The notes: a model not told the origin generated them from the letters alone. A stretch of DNA of 64,000 nt from Thermoanaerobaculia bacterium (GCA_035498405.1 DATKAE010000011.1:226-64225), one strand, 5' to 3'. Counted from the stretch's first letter, positions 52,577-60,770 are shown. Numbers and translations: made by a program.

Positions 52577-53842
52577 GTGAACGCCGACAGACCCCCCGTC
52601 TGGCTCGCGGCGGGGCTCCGAACCCCGTTTGCTCCGGTCGATGGGCCGCTCGCCGGCCGCGATGCGCTGAGCCTAGCCGTCCCGGTCGTGCAGGAGATGG
52701 AGCGCCGAGCTTCCGGTCCTGTGGACCTCGCCGTCTGGGGGTCGGTCGCCCTCAACCTCTCCTATAGCAACCTCGCCCGTGAGATTTGGCTCGAGGCGGG
52801 CCTCGATCCACACGTGCCGACATTCACGACGATCCTGCAGTGCTGCACCAGCATGATGGCCGCCTTCGAGGCTGCCGGCATGTTGCGAGGCCGGAGCCTG
52901 GCCCTGGCCATTGCCGGCGGATCCGAAAGTATGAGTCGCGTGCAGGTTGGGCTCAACCCGGATTTCTCGGTCTGGCTCCGTAGGGTGATCCGGGCGCGAA
53001 CCGTGGCGCGGCGGTTGGAGGTCCTGCGAACCCTCCCGCTTCGGGATGTGAGCCTCGACGTGCCCGAGGTGAAGAACCGTGCGACCGGCAAGAGCATGGG
53101 CGAGCACTGCGAGGAGATGGCGAAGGCCTGGAAGATCGGCCGCCGCGAGCAGGACGAGTTAGCGCTCGAAAGCCACCGCAAGGCGGTCGCCGCGCAGCAG
53201 AACAGGCGGGTGCACGATCTCGTTCCCGTCGATGGCATGAGCCTGGACGGATTCCCGCGGCCCGGCGCCTCGCTCGAGAAGCTCGCGGCCCTGAAGCCGG
53301 CTTTCGATCGCGTTCACGGGACGATCACGGCCGGGAACAGCTCGCCACTGACCGACGGCGCCGCCGCGGTCTGGGTCGCAACCGAGGAGGGGTTGGCCCG
53401 TCTGCCCGCCTCCGTGCCTCGCGTGCGCCTCGTCGATTTCGAGACGGCGGCCGTGGACATCTTCCACGAAGGGCTCCTGATGGCCCCGGTCGTGGCGATT
53501 CCGCGTCTGCTGTCGCGGCACTCCCTGACCTACGAGGATGTCGCCTTGTGGGAGATCCACGAGGCTTTCGCCGCGCAGGTCTTGTGCAACCTGGCGGGCC
53601 TCGAAGATCGCGACTATGTGAGGGAGAAGGCCGGCGTTCCCCATACCTTCGGCCGGTTCCCTCGCGAGCGGGTCAACCCGAACGGCGGGAGCATCGCTCT
53701 GGGCCACCCCTTCGCCGCCACCGGGGCACGGATTCTGAGCCAGGCGGCGCAGGAGCTGGCCGAAATGCCGACCGGGAGCCGGGCCGTCGTCAGCGTCTGC
53801 GCGGACGGCGGATTGGGAACGGCCGCGTTACTCGAGAACTGA
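52577..53842 (+). CDS. thiolase (acetyl-CoA C-acyl/acetyltransferase family)
   Basis: 421 aa; QCCTSMMAAF (nucleophile Cys region), NPNGGSIALGHPFAATGARI and VCADGGLGTAALLE. Confidence 0.88.
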   Translation: MNADRPPVWLAAGLRTPFAPVDGPLAGRDALSLAVPVVQEMERRASGPVDLAVWGSVALNLSYSNLAREIWLEAGLDPHVPTFTTILQCCTSMMAAFEAAGMLRGRSLALAIAGGSESMSRVQVGLNPDFSVWLRRVIRARTVARRLEVLRTLPLRDVSLDVPEVKNRATGKSMGEHCEEMAKAWKIGRREQDELALESHRKAVAAQQNRRVHDLVPVDGMSLDGFPRPGASLEKLAALKPAFDRVHGTITAGNSSPLTDGAAAVWVATEEGLARLPASVPRVRLVDFETAAVDIFHEGLLMAPVVAIPRLLSRHSLTYEDVALWEIHEAFAAQVLCNLAGLEDRDYVREKAGVPHTFGRFPRERVNPNGGSIALGHPFAATGARILSQAAQELAEMPTGSRAVVSVCADGGLGTAALLEN

Positions 53843-54363
53843 CGGGCCCTCACCGTGAGAGGGATGGCGATGACGCTCGTCGGCCCGGGCGCCAGTCGAG
53901 CCACTCTGACGCCAGGGAGTTCGGCGTGAAAGCCTGGTCACGGTGCGCGAGTCCCTGGCGGGCGATAGGATCTCTTCAGGAACCAGCACGATGACGCTCA
54001 GGGTCGGTTCGACCAACCCGCACGGATCGAGCCACGCCCTGCGCCCCGTGCGGCCGACGGGCTCGAGGTGGGTTCCCCAGACCGCCGTGACGACGTTTTC
54101 AACGGCGTGGAGTTCCTCGACAGCTCCCGTTCGACCGCAAACCATTGGGAAGATGGCCAGTGGCGGTACTTCATCGATGGCGATGGCCGAAAGTTCCTCG
54201 AAGGGATGGATCTGCGCGATATCTGAGCAGACTACCGGCGCCGGCGACGCTCGGACCAGCGCCGTAGCCGTCGATTGAGATCGAGAAGCGACGGACGCGC
54301 AGTTTCGACACGGCGTCTCTCTCCGGCCTTTTCGGGACAATCTTGATCGGTGCCTCTCGGGCC

Positions 54364-54433
54364 GCCTATCAGGCTCTGGCTCCGCCGCGAGCGACGCGGA
54401 GCGGAGGGAGTCCGCTGCGACGGCGGGTTAGGA
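54364..54433 (-). repeat. attC-like site A (degenerate, most distal)
   Basis: Plus strand: GCCTATC...ggagggagtccgctgcgacggcggGTTAGGA. The 3' arm is homologous to sites F and H (gagtccgctgc). It lies 12 nt after the thioesterase stop. Confidence 0.5.
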
Positions 54434-54445
54434 CGCCGCCTGCCG

Positions 54446-54871
54446 TCAGGACCGCTGCCCATCGATCAAGGAGTGGGCCCGGTCTCGGACGTCGCTCGGC
54501 AAGGCGCGAGCCCTTCGTGTCACGGTATCGAGGTGGACCGCAACGAGAACCGTCCTCGCGGCCACCGCTCCTGTTTCGTCGTTCTTCATCTCGTGAGCGA
54601 AGCGAATGGCCTTGTCCTTCACTTCGAGGATAGTCGACGAGACCGTGACCACATCACCGGGGTACAGCTCATGCTTGTATTCGATGTGCTGCTCGACACC
54701 CGCCATCCCGATGCTCTCGCTGCGCAGACGTGCTGGCGTAAGCCCCATGGCGGCGAAGAGCTGCCACGTCGCCTCATCGAATTTAGCTACGTACCACATG
54801 ACATTCATGTGCCCCATGTGGTCACACTGCGACGGGTAGACCGCTCCACGGTAGGTAACGAGGGCCGTCAC
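54446..54871 (-). CDS. 4HBT-family acyl-CoA thioesterase (YbgC-like hot-dog fold)
   Basis: Trimmed to a GTG overlapping the upstream stop (GTGA). VYPSQCDHMGHMNVMWYVAKFDEATWQLF is typical of 4HBT thioesterases. About 141 aa. Confidence 0.75.
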   Translation of the reverse strand: MTALVTYRGAVYPSQCDHMGHMNVMWYVAKFDEATWQLFAAMGLTPARLRSESIGMAGVEQHIEYKHELYPGDVVTVSSTILEVKDKAIRFAHEMKNDETGAVAARTVLVAVHLDTVTRRARALPSDVRDRAHSLIDGQRS

Positions 54872-55254
54872 GAGTCGGGGCCGGCTGAGTCGGCTTCGCC
54901 TGGCGCGTCGCCCAGGGGCGCGGGGGGCAGCGGCGTCGCGAAGAACCGAACCACCAGCACAATAAGCACCGTCATGACCGCCACCGTAAAGGCCAGGTTC
55001 CGCCCACGCCACAACCCCACGAACCATTCTCGAAACTCCTCCGCAAGGACATTCGCCTTTCCACCATAGAGCTCCAGGTCATGAACATATTTCTTCGTTT
55101 CGAGCGGATCGTAGCCAAGAGGATTGGGAGGCGGGGGACTGGCGCTGATGTAGATGATGATGGCGCCAGCGAAACCTGCCGCGAGGATCGCGGCGGTCAG
55201 GCGCCTGAGGCGTCGCTGCGACACGGGCGCTGGAGAGTTCGTGTCACCCACCAT
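54868..55254 (-). CDS. small membrane protein (2 TM), hypothetical
   Basis: Trimmed to MVGDTNSPAP... TM segments are LTAAILAAGFAGAIIIYI and LAFTVAVMTVLIVLVVRFF. Translationally coupled to the thioesterase. Confidence 0.5.
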   Translation of the reverse strand: MVGDTNSPAPVSQRRLRRLTAAILAAGFAGAIIIYISASPPPPNPLGYDPLETKKYVHDLELYGGKANVLAEEFREWFVGLWRGRNLAFTVAVMTVLIVLVVRFFATPLPPAPLGDAPGEADSAGPDS

Positions 55255-55382
55255 CCCTAGTGTAAAGCTCCGTCCGGTCCGTAGTTGAATGACCCTTCGG
55301 GGCTCGACTCGAACCATTCTCGGAGCCCGAGAATGCGCATGAGATCGTCGTCGCAACGCCTCGCTGCGGCGAGATCTGGAAC

Positions 55383-55470
55383 GCCTATGCCGATGTGGCC
55401 GATGAATCGAGTGCACCGCTTGCGGCGCGCAAGCACGCGAGTGACAGTCCGCCGCAACGCCATGTTAGGC
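55383..55470 (-). repeat. attC-like site B (one end degenerate)
   Basis: Plus strand: GCCTATG...gtccgccgcaacgccatGTTAGGC. The TAA stop of the VOC gene lies inside the minus-strand GCCTAAC box. Confidence 0.55.
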
Positions 55471-55917
55471 GGCGGTTTCGGGCGCGTTGGCTTTGGCATG
55501 GGTTACGATTTCGTACTTGATTCCTTCGGGGTCTTTGAAGAAGAACGCATAGTAGCCGGGTGGTGTGTATCCGGGATATTCCCTTGGCGGAGCGACGATG
55601 ATGGCGCCGATTGCCTCGATTTCGTGATGAAGGCGGTCGACCTCTGCTCGCGAGTCGGCCCGGAAAGCGAGGTGGCGAAGGGCGCCGGGCCTGCGCCGAT
55701 GAACGGCTTCTTGGCGAAGGGCGGTTCTAGGCGAGGAGAGAGCAAAGGAGAGCCGCTCGTGGCTGTATTCGATTACAAAGAAGTCGTGCTTTTCGATAAC
55801 GGAGCTGCTGCGGCTCTCTTTGCTGAATCCGAGAATCGGAAGCAACCGGTCATAAAACGGCGCTGCAATAGCCATATCGCGCACCGTTATCTGAATGTGA
55901 TCGATGATTGGTTTCAC
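55465..55917 (-). CDS. VOC-superfamily (glyoxalase/bleomycin-resistance/dioxygenase fold) protein
   Basis: 150 aa; IDHIQITVRDMAIAAPFYD...LRHLAFRA...YYAFFFKDPEGIKYEIV; GTG start. Confidence 0.8.
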   Translation of the reverse strand: MKPIIDHIQITVRDMAIAAPFYDRLLPILGFSKESRSSSVIEKHDFFVIEYSHERLSFALSSPRTALRQEAVHRRRPGALRHLAFRADSRAEVDRLHHEIEAIGAIIVAPPREYPGYTPPGYYAFFFKDPEGIKYEIVTHAKANAPETAA

Positions 55918-55968
55918 GTCGCTGGCAACCTTATCAATCTCGCCGTCACGACTCCCGCCGCCGGCTCA

Positions 55969-56094
55969 TCATCGGGGGGAACCGACCAAGCACTGCCTTC
56001 TCCCTGAGCAGTAGCTCTTGAGATGATGCCGCTCATCACAAGGTTGGCGAACGAGAAAATGCAGGAAGAGCAAGACCTGATTGAGACCCTTCAT
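55969..56094 (-). CDS. 41-codon ORF with strong Shine-Dalgarno in the VOC cassette leader (speculative)
   Basis: GGAGGA-6 nt-ATG. Translation: MKGLNQVLLFLHFLVRQPCDERHHLKSYCSGRRQCLVGSPR. Confidence 0.2.
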   Translation of the reverse strand: MKGLNQVLLFLHFLVRQPCDERHHLKSYCSGRRQCLVGSPR

Positions 56095-56138
56095 CGGTAT
56101 TCCTCCGATCAATGAGTCAGTCGCGTCACGACATGTCT

Positions 56139-56286
56139 GCCTAACGGGCTGCGCTTCAGCGGCGAACGCCAGTGCGGCCTCTGCCGCCGCAGATGCTCGA
56201 AGTGCCACATTGCCCTAACTCGAGTCCGCCTTTGGGATCGCACAGCCTACGAGCCACGTCAGGCCCAGCCAGGAAAATGCCTAGGC
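56139..56286 (-). repeat. attC-like site C (long, composite or rearranged)
   Basis: The plus strand starts with a perfect GCCTAACGGGCTGCGCTTCAGCGGCGA arm (56139-). A second CCCTAAC-tc-gagtccgcc element lies at 56213-56230. The site ends at GCCTAGGC, which contains the TAG stop of the reductase gene. Confidence 0.4.
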
Positions 56287-56859
56287 CGCCGCCATTCCTC
56301 GCACCTCGTAGCGAAGCTCAACCACGCCGCTCTCGTAGGCTTTGACCTCCGCCAGGTGCAGGGCGACGTCTCTGTCGAGCTTCTCGAAGAATGGGATCCC
56401 ATCACCAATCAAGATCGGGAGGATCGAATAGCGAAGTTCGTCGGCTAGCCCGAGACGAAGACATTCCCCGGAGACTGCACCGCCTCCAACAAACCAGATG
56501 GTACGGAACGCGGGCCGCAGGCGACCATTCACGAACTGCGCGAGATCGCCTGAGTAGAACTCGACCGTATCCCGGGTCCGCGGCAGCTCGCGACGAGTGA
56601 GGACGAAGGTGGGTTTGTCGCCGTACGACCACCGCAGCCCTTTGGCCTCAAAACTCAACGCGGTCTCATATGTTCGCGATCCCATGACGTAGCAATCGAT
56701 CGTCTTGAGGAACGCTTCGACGGATCCTGGGTCCATGGTGTCCCCGCCTACGAATTCGTCTGAGGTGTCGAGCCAGTCGACGCTCCCATCCTTTCGAGCG
56801 ATGAAGCCATCGAGGCTCGCCGCCATGTGGATCGTCACGCGAGAATCAGCGTTTACCAT
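56281..56859 (-). CDS. RibD C-terminal-domain / dihydrofolate-reductase-like family protein
   Basis: 192 aa; MAASLDGFIARKDGSVDWL...YVMGSRTYE...WFVGGGAVSGECLRLGLADEL. Confidence 0.8.
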   Translation of the reverse strand: MVNADSRVTIHMAASLDGFIARKDGSVDWLDTSDEFVGGDTMDPGSVEAFLKTIDCYVMGSRTYETALSFEAKGLRWSYGDKPTFVLTRRELPRTRDTVEFYSGDLAQFVNGRLRPAFRTIWFVGGGAVSGECLRLGLADELRYSILPILIGDGIPFFEKLDRDVALHLAEVKAYESGVVELRYEVRGMAAA

Positions 56860-56993
56860 GGTTTCGCCCTGACGCCGGTGGCGACGGCTCGTGCCAGTCT
56901 TCGAGAGACTCGCTCCCGGTGGCTCTTGAGTACATGACGTGCGAATCTACGCCGGGCAAAGCAGGCACCGAAACCAACCCCCAGCCCGAGTCC

Positions 56994-57069
56994 GCCTAAC
57001 GGGCGGCGCGTCGGCGGCGAGCGAAGAGCCGAAGGTGATGAGCGAGTTCGTTGCACGCGCGTGTTCGGC
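56994..57069 (-). repeat. attC-like site D (76 bp)
   Basis: GCCTAACgggcggcgcgtcggcggcgagcgaagagccgaaggtgatgagcgagttcgttgcacgcgcgtGTTCGGC. 65/76 positions are identical to site H by hand alignment. It lies 1 nt after the methyltransferase stop. Confidence 0.8.
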
Positions 57070-57070
57070 C

Positions 57071-57539
57071 TCACCCAACTTTCGAGCCTACGACCAGCGG
57101 CTGGAAGAATCTGTCGTCGATCCGCCGAACGGCTCGAAACCCCGCCTCATTCATGAGGTCGACGAGGAGCGAAACGGGTATCGCGTAATACTGGGATCTC
57201 ATCACATGGACGGCGCAATCGGACCCGCCAGCGTCCCCGAGAAAATACATGGACAGATCGTAAATCGAGTCGTGAACTTCCCACACCTGAAAGACCAGGA
57301 AACGTCGCCTGCCATCGGTTCTCGGCCCGTAGGGTACGACCTTCGTCCCGACGCACTCCGCAGGATAGGAGTCGCGAACCGACATCAGAACTCCGCCGCT
57401 CGGAGTAGGGCAACGGTACATCTCCCCAAAAACCACGCGGATTTCCTCCATCGGAAAGCAGATGCGGAACCGAGTTATCGCACGCGATTACCAAGTCGAA
57501 GGGTTCCCGATAGGTCGAGGAAAGGGTCCTCAGGTGCAA
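57071..57539 (-). pseudogene. class I SAM-dependent methyltransferase, 5'-truncated and frameshifted
   Basis: Frame 1 gives ...EPFDLVIACDNSVPHLLSD. Frame 2 continues EEIRVVFGEMYRCPTPSGGVLM...YYAIPVSLLVDLMNEAGF. The shift lies in a G-run near 57447-57452. The SAM-binding motif I region is absent, and the ORF begins at the edge of repeat copy 1. Confidence 0.6.
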
Positions 57540-57700
57540 AGCTCGGCGGAGAAAAGCTCGGAGGCAGGTCAGCCTTTCTCGAGGGTTGACGTGGTTTGGC
57601 GGGGCCGACGGAACGCGAAGCCGAAGGCTCCGCCCCTAAACCAAGGCGGCTGAAGAGGCGAGGATCTCGTTGGCCGCGTCCTTGTCCGTGCCGGCTCCCG
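57533..57700 (-). repeat. direct repeat copy 1 with a degenerate tRNA 3'-end-like core
   Basis: Aligns with 60548-60712 at roughly three quarters identity by eye. Core on the minus strand: ccttcggcttcgcgttccgtcggccccgcca. Confidence 0.6.
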
Positions 57701-58112
57701 ACGAGCCATCGCCGAGTGCTTGCTGTCCCCCCCGAAGGAGTGGAGGCTCCCCGGGTTGCGCTCGTCGCGACCTGGGGGGGCAGGGCTGGCGAAAAGATGG
57801 TCCGGTCCATCGGGCCTCCCACCCGGCCAGCTCAAGATCGACCGACCTTCGACCCGCTGCGCAAGGACGTGAGGTGCCAGAGACTCGTCGCCGGCGGGAA
57901 GTAGGCCCGCCTCGTTCCCTCTCAAGCGCGGCGTCCCTCGCTATCGCTCGAGATGACTCGATACATGTACGCACGATCGCCCCCGGCGGCTTTCCGCGCC
58001 AATCCGGGGCAATTGTCCCAGGTGATCACTCCGAATCCGGCCGATTCGGGACGTAGTTCCCATTGTTGGGCGGCGTTGCCGGCGCCATCGTAGGGTCGAA
58101 AGGAGAGATCAC

Positions 58113-59027
58113 ATGCTTTCACACGACTACTCGTATGCCAACGTCCTGCAGAACTCGCTCAAGGTCGCCTGGACGGAGCGCCAGGTTCTCGAAGGCAGAG
58201 ACTTCGACTACTCCAAGCGGTTTCTTCCCAATCGACTCTCGGGAGTGGACGAGATTCGCTGCCTCAACGACCGCGACAAGCTCAAGCTGAATCAGATCAT
58301 GGGCAACGCGTATTGCCACATCTTCGCCTACGTGGAGGAGTACATCATTCCGCAGGCCCTGGAAGCCGCCCAGAAGGACATTTATGGCGACGAGACCCGG
58401 TTGCGTACGCTGCTGCGCTTTGCCGAGGACGAGTCGAAGCACCAGGAACTGTTTCGACGCTCGACGGCGCTGTTCGAGAAAGGCTTCGGAGTCAAGTGTG
58501 GCCTGATCCCCGGCCGTGAGGAGGTCGCCCGCGTGGTGCTCAGCAAGTCGCGGCTCTGCAGCTACCTGCTGACCAGCATGATCGAGTGGTTCACGCAGTT
58601 GCATTACGTCGAGCACGTGCGCGATCGGGGCGAGCTCGACGGACTGTTTCGTGACCTGGTCAAGTATCACTGGATGGACGAGGCGCAGCACGCGAAGATC
58701 GATTCGCTCCTGATCGACGAGATCACCCGGGAGATCGGCGAGGAGGATCGCGAGGCGGCCGTCGACGAGCTGCTCGAGCTCGGCGGCGCGGTCGACGGAC
58801 TGCTGTCGCAGCAGGCCGACCTGGATCTCGAGAGCCTCGAGACTGCCATCGGACGTACGCTTTCGGAGCAAGAAAAAGCGGAGATCAAGCGCAATACCCA
58901 TCGCGCCTACCGCTGGACGTTTCTCGTCTCCGGACTGGAGCATCCGAATTTCGTCCGGATCGTGAGCGAGCTGACCCGCAGAGGGCCGGCGAAGCTCGAG
59001 GCCGTGGCCCGGGCGCTGTCGAACTGA
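58113..59027 (+). CDS. ferritin-like diiron oxygenase (AurF / diiron N-oxygenase-like family)
   Basis: 304 aa, all-helical, with two E...ExxH pairs (FAYVEE / AEDESKHQELF and MIEWF / MDEAQHAKI). Confidence 0.65.
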   Translation: MLSHDYSYANVLQNSLKVAWTERQVLEGRDFDYSKRFLPNRLSGVDEIRCLNDRDKLKLNQIMGNAYCHIFAYVEEYIIPQALEAAQKDIYGDETRLRTLLRFAEDESKHQELFRRSTALFEKGFGVKCGLIPGREEVARVVLSKSRLCSYLLTSMIEWFTQLHYVEHVRDRGELDGLFRDLVKYHWMDEAQHAKIDSLLIDEITREIGEEDREAAVDELLELGGAVDGLLSQQADLDLESLETAIGRTLSEQEKAEIKRNTHRAYRWTFLVSGLEHPNFVRIVSELTRRGPAKLEAVARALSN

Positions 59028-59132
59028 AGGGCGCATGAAGCTGACGGGCGCGTCAGCCTTGCGGCTGTCGTCCTGGCGGCTGGCTGCGAGGCCTGCCGGC
59101 CGCCAGCGCGCCCGCAGCTTTTGCGTCGCCCG

Positions 59133-60206
59133 CTAGGGCCGGAACCCCCGGTCTCGCGCGAAGACGATCGCCTGCGCCCGGGTCCACACGCCGAGCTTGT
59201 CGAAGAGGTTCGAGATGTGGTTGCGGACGGTCTTCTCGCTGATCGTGAGGCGCTCGCCGATGTCGGCGTTGGCGAGCCCCTCGGTGATCAGCACCAGGAC
59301 TTCGCGCTCGCGAGCCGTGAGGCGGGCGAAGGCGGAGTCCTCTTCGCGCGGGGCCGGGAGGCCCGCGAAATCGAGGACGACTTCCCGAAAGCGCTCCCAC
59401 GCCGGCTCGTCCTCGAGAAGGATGTGGTTGCGGGAGTCCAACTCGACGAACTGTGCTCCTGGGATTCCGGCGGCCAGTTGGCGTGCTTCCGAGATGGGAC
59501 AGACCTCGTCATCGCGGGAGTGAATGACGAGCGTCGGCGCCGTGATCGCGCCGAGCAAGCTGGAAACGTCGACCTTCGAGCGAGCCTCGAGGAGCCTCGC
59601 CGCCATTTCGCCGCTGCTGGTCCGGCGGCACAGCTCGTTGTACCAGCCGATTTGCGCTTCGCTGGCTCCGGGAATGAAGCGCGACGTGAAGACCTGGCGG
59701 AACACCGGATTCTCTTTTCCCCAGCCGACCCTCATCAGCTCCAGCATCGCGCGGTACTGGCGCTCGCCCACCGAATCGCCGCGCTGCGCCCAGCCGCGGG
59801 CGTAGCCACCGTAGAGAACCATGCGCGAGACCCGCTCCGGATGGCGCGCGGCGTAGGCGACGCAGATCGCTGCGCCGGACGAGATCCCCAGCAGCGCCAA
59901 CGGCTCCTCGACTCCCGAGGCGGCCACCACGTCCTCGAGATCTCCAAACCAGCGGTCGAACGATAGCTCGTCGACGTCTCGGTCCGTCAGCCCGCAGCCG
60001 CGTTCGTCCCAGCGCAGGAATCGGAAGTGGTCGCCAAAGAAGCGGATCCAGTGCCCCCAGACCGGGCTCTCCAGTTCGTACTCGAGATGGCTCAGCCAGT
60101 TCGCCGCCTTGACCAGGACCGGGCCCGCGCCGATTTCGGCCCAGGCGAGCTGCACACCATCTTCCGTGCGCAGGTAGCGGACGCGCTGACGAAGTTTCGT
60201 GTCCAT
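59133..60206 (-). CDS. alpha/beta-hydrolase domain fused to a LuxR-type HTH (transcriptional regulator)
   Basis: GISSGA (GxSxG) hydrolase core and a C-terminal LTAREREVLVLITEGLANADIGERLTISEKTVRNHISNLFDKLGV. Confidence 0.8.
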   Translation of the reverse strand: MDTKLRQRVRYLRTEDGVQLAWAEIGAGPVLVKAANWLSHLEYELESPVWGHWIRFFGDHFRFLRWDERGCGLTDRDVDELSFDRWFGDLEDVVAASGVEEPLALLGISSGAAICVAYAARHPERVSRMVLYGGYARGWAQRGDSVGERQYRAMLELMRVGWGKENPVFRQVFTSRFIPGASEAQIGWYNELCRRTSSGEMAARLLEARSKVDVSSLLGAITAPTLVIHSRDDEVCPISEARQLAAGIPGAQFVELDSRNHILLEDEPAWERFREVVLDFAGLPAPREEDSAFARLTAREREVLVLITEGLANADIGERLTISEKTVRNHISNLFDKLGVWTRAQAIVFARDRGFRP

Positions 60207-60547
60207 CGCCGTCGGACCCCGAATTGTAGCTATATGGGCGAAGTACTCGCCGTCCCGATCGGTCCTCCTTTGGGTCTACCAGACGCCGGAATCAGCCGAT
60301 ACTTGACGCGCTGCATTCTCAGTCCCGGTCCGCGGCGCGTCCAGTGAAGAAGTGATAGTCCGCGTCCAATGGCCCGCAGCCCGCGTGACATGCTCCCTGC
60401 CGAGAGGTTCGATTCCAGGCTGCCCTCCGTCCGCTGGAGCCCGGGGTCTCAGAACCACATGCTTGGCCGTGTCATTGTCCGTGTTCTGTCCGTGAAGCCA
60501 CGTCCGCTGACGTTCATCCAGCCGACAGGCGACGCGATGTCAGGAAT

Positions 60548-60712
60548 GGCGCAAAGCACGGCGGAGAAAGGCTCGGAACCACATCGACCCTTGTCGAGGG
60601 TTCACGTGGATATGGCGGGGCCGACGGGACTCGAACCCGAAGGCTTCGCAGCTAACTCAAGGCGGCTGAAGGGGTGATGCCTCCGTTGGCCGTGTCTTTG
60701 TCAGTGTCTGTT
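60548..60712 (-). repeat. direct repeat copy 2 with tRNA 3'-end-like core (T-arm, acceptor strand, CCA)
   Basis: Minus strand: CCTTCGGGTTCGAGTCCCGTCGGCCCCGCCA (60643-60613). This is a GGTTCGAGTCC T-loop with a 7-nt acceptor strand, a G discriminator and CCA. No D arm or anticodon arm lies upstream. Confidence 0.6.
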
Positions 60713-60770
60713 CGCCGTCGATAGCGGGCGCGGCTCCCCGAACAAGGTCCCTTCGCGACGATTAGCGGAG

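Noticed and set aside
53828-54340. 170-aa minus-strand ORF between the thiolase gene and attC-like site A.
   Set aside because: The central part looks protein-like, but the frame overlaps the thiolase 3' end and has an Arg/Ser-rich N-terminus. No motif is recognisable. It is kept only as a possible relic cassette ORF in the findings.
57636-58122. Short minus-strand ORFs between repeat copy 1 and the diiron gene, including a QQWEL-containing 66-aa ORF reminiscent of ricin-type lectin repeats.
   Set aside because: These are fragments in three different frames with no start context and no continuous domain. At best they are debris of a decayed gene, and they are not supportable as features.
60396-60430. 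Plus-strand GGTTCGATTCC T-loop-like motif near repeat copy 2.
   Set aside because: The flanking 5-nt segments (AGAGG / CCAGG) do not pair, and no acceptor stem or CCA follows. This is probably chance or an unrecognisable relic.
60369-60677. 102-aa plus-strand ORF spanning repeat copy 2, and the analogous 57596-57904 ORF over copy 1.
   Set aside because: Both exist only because the repeat is open in that frame. The translations differ where the copies diverge and carry no protein-like features.
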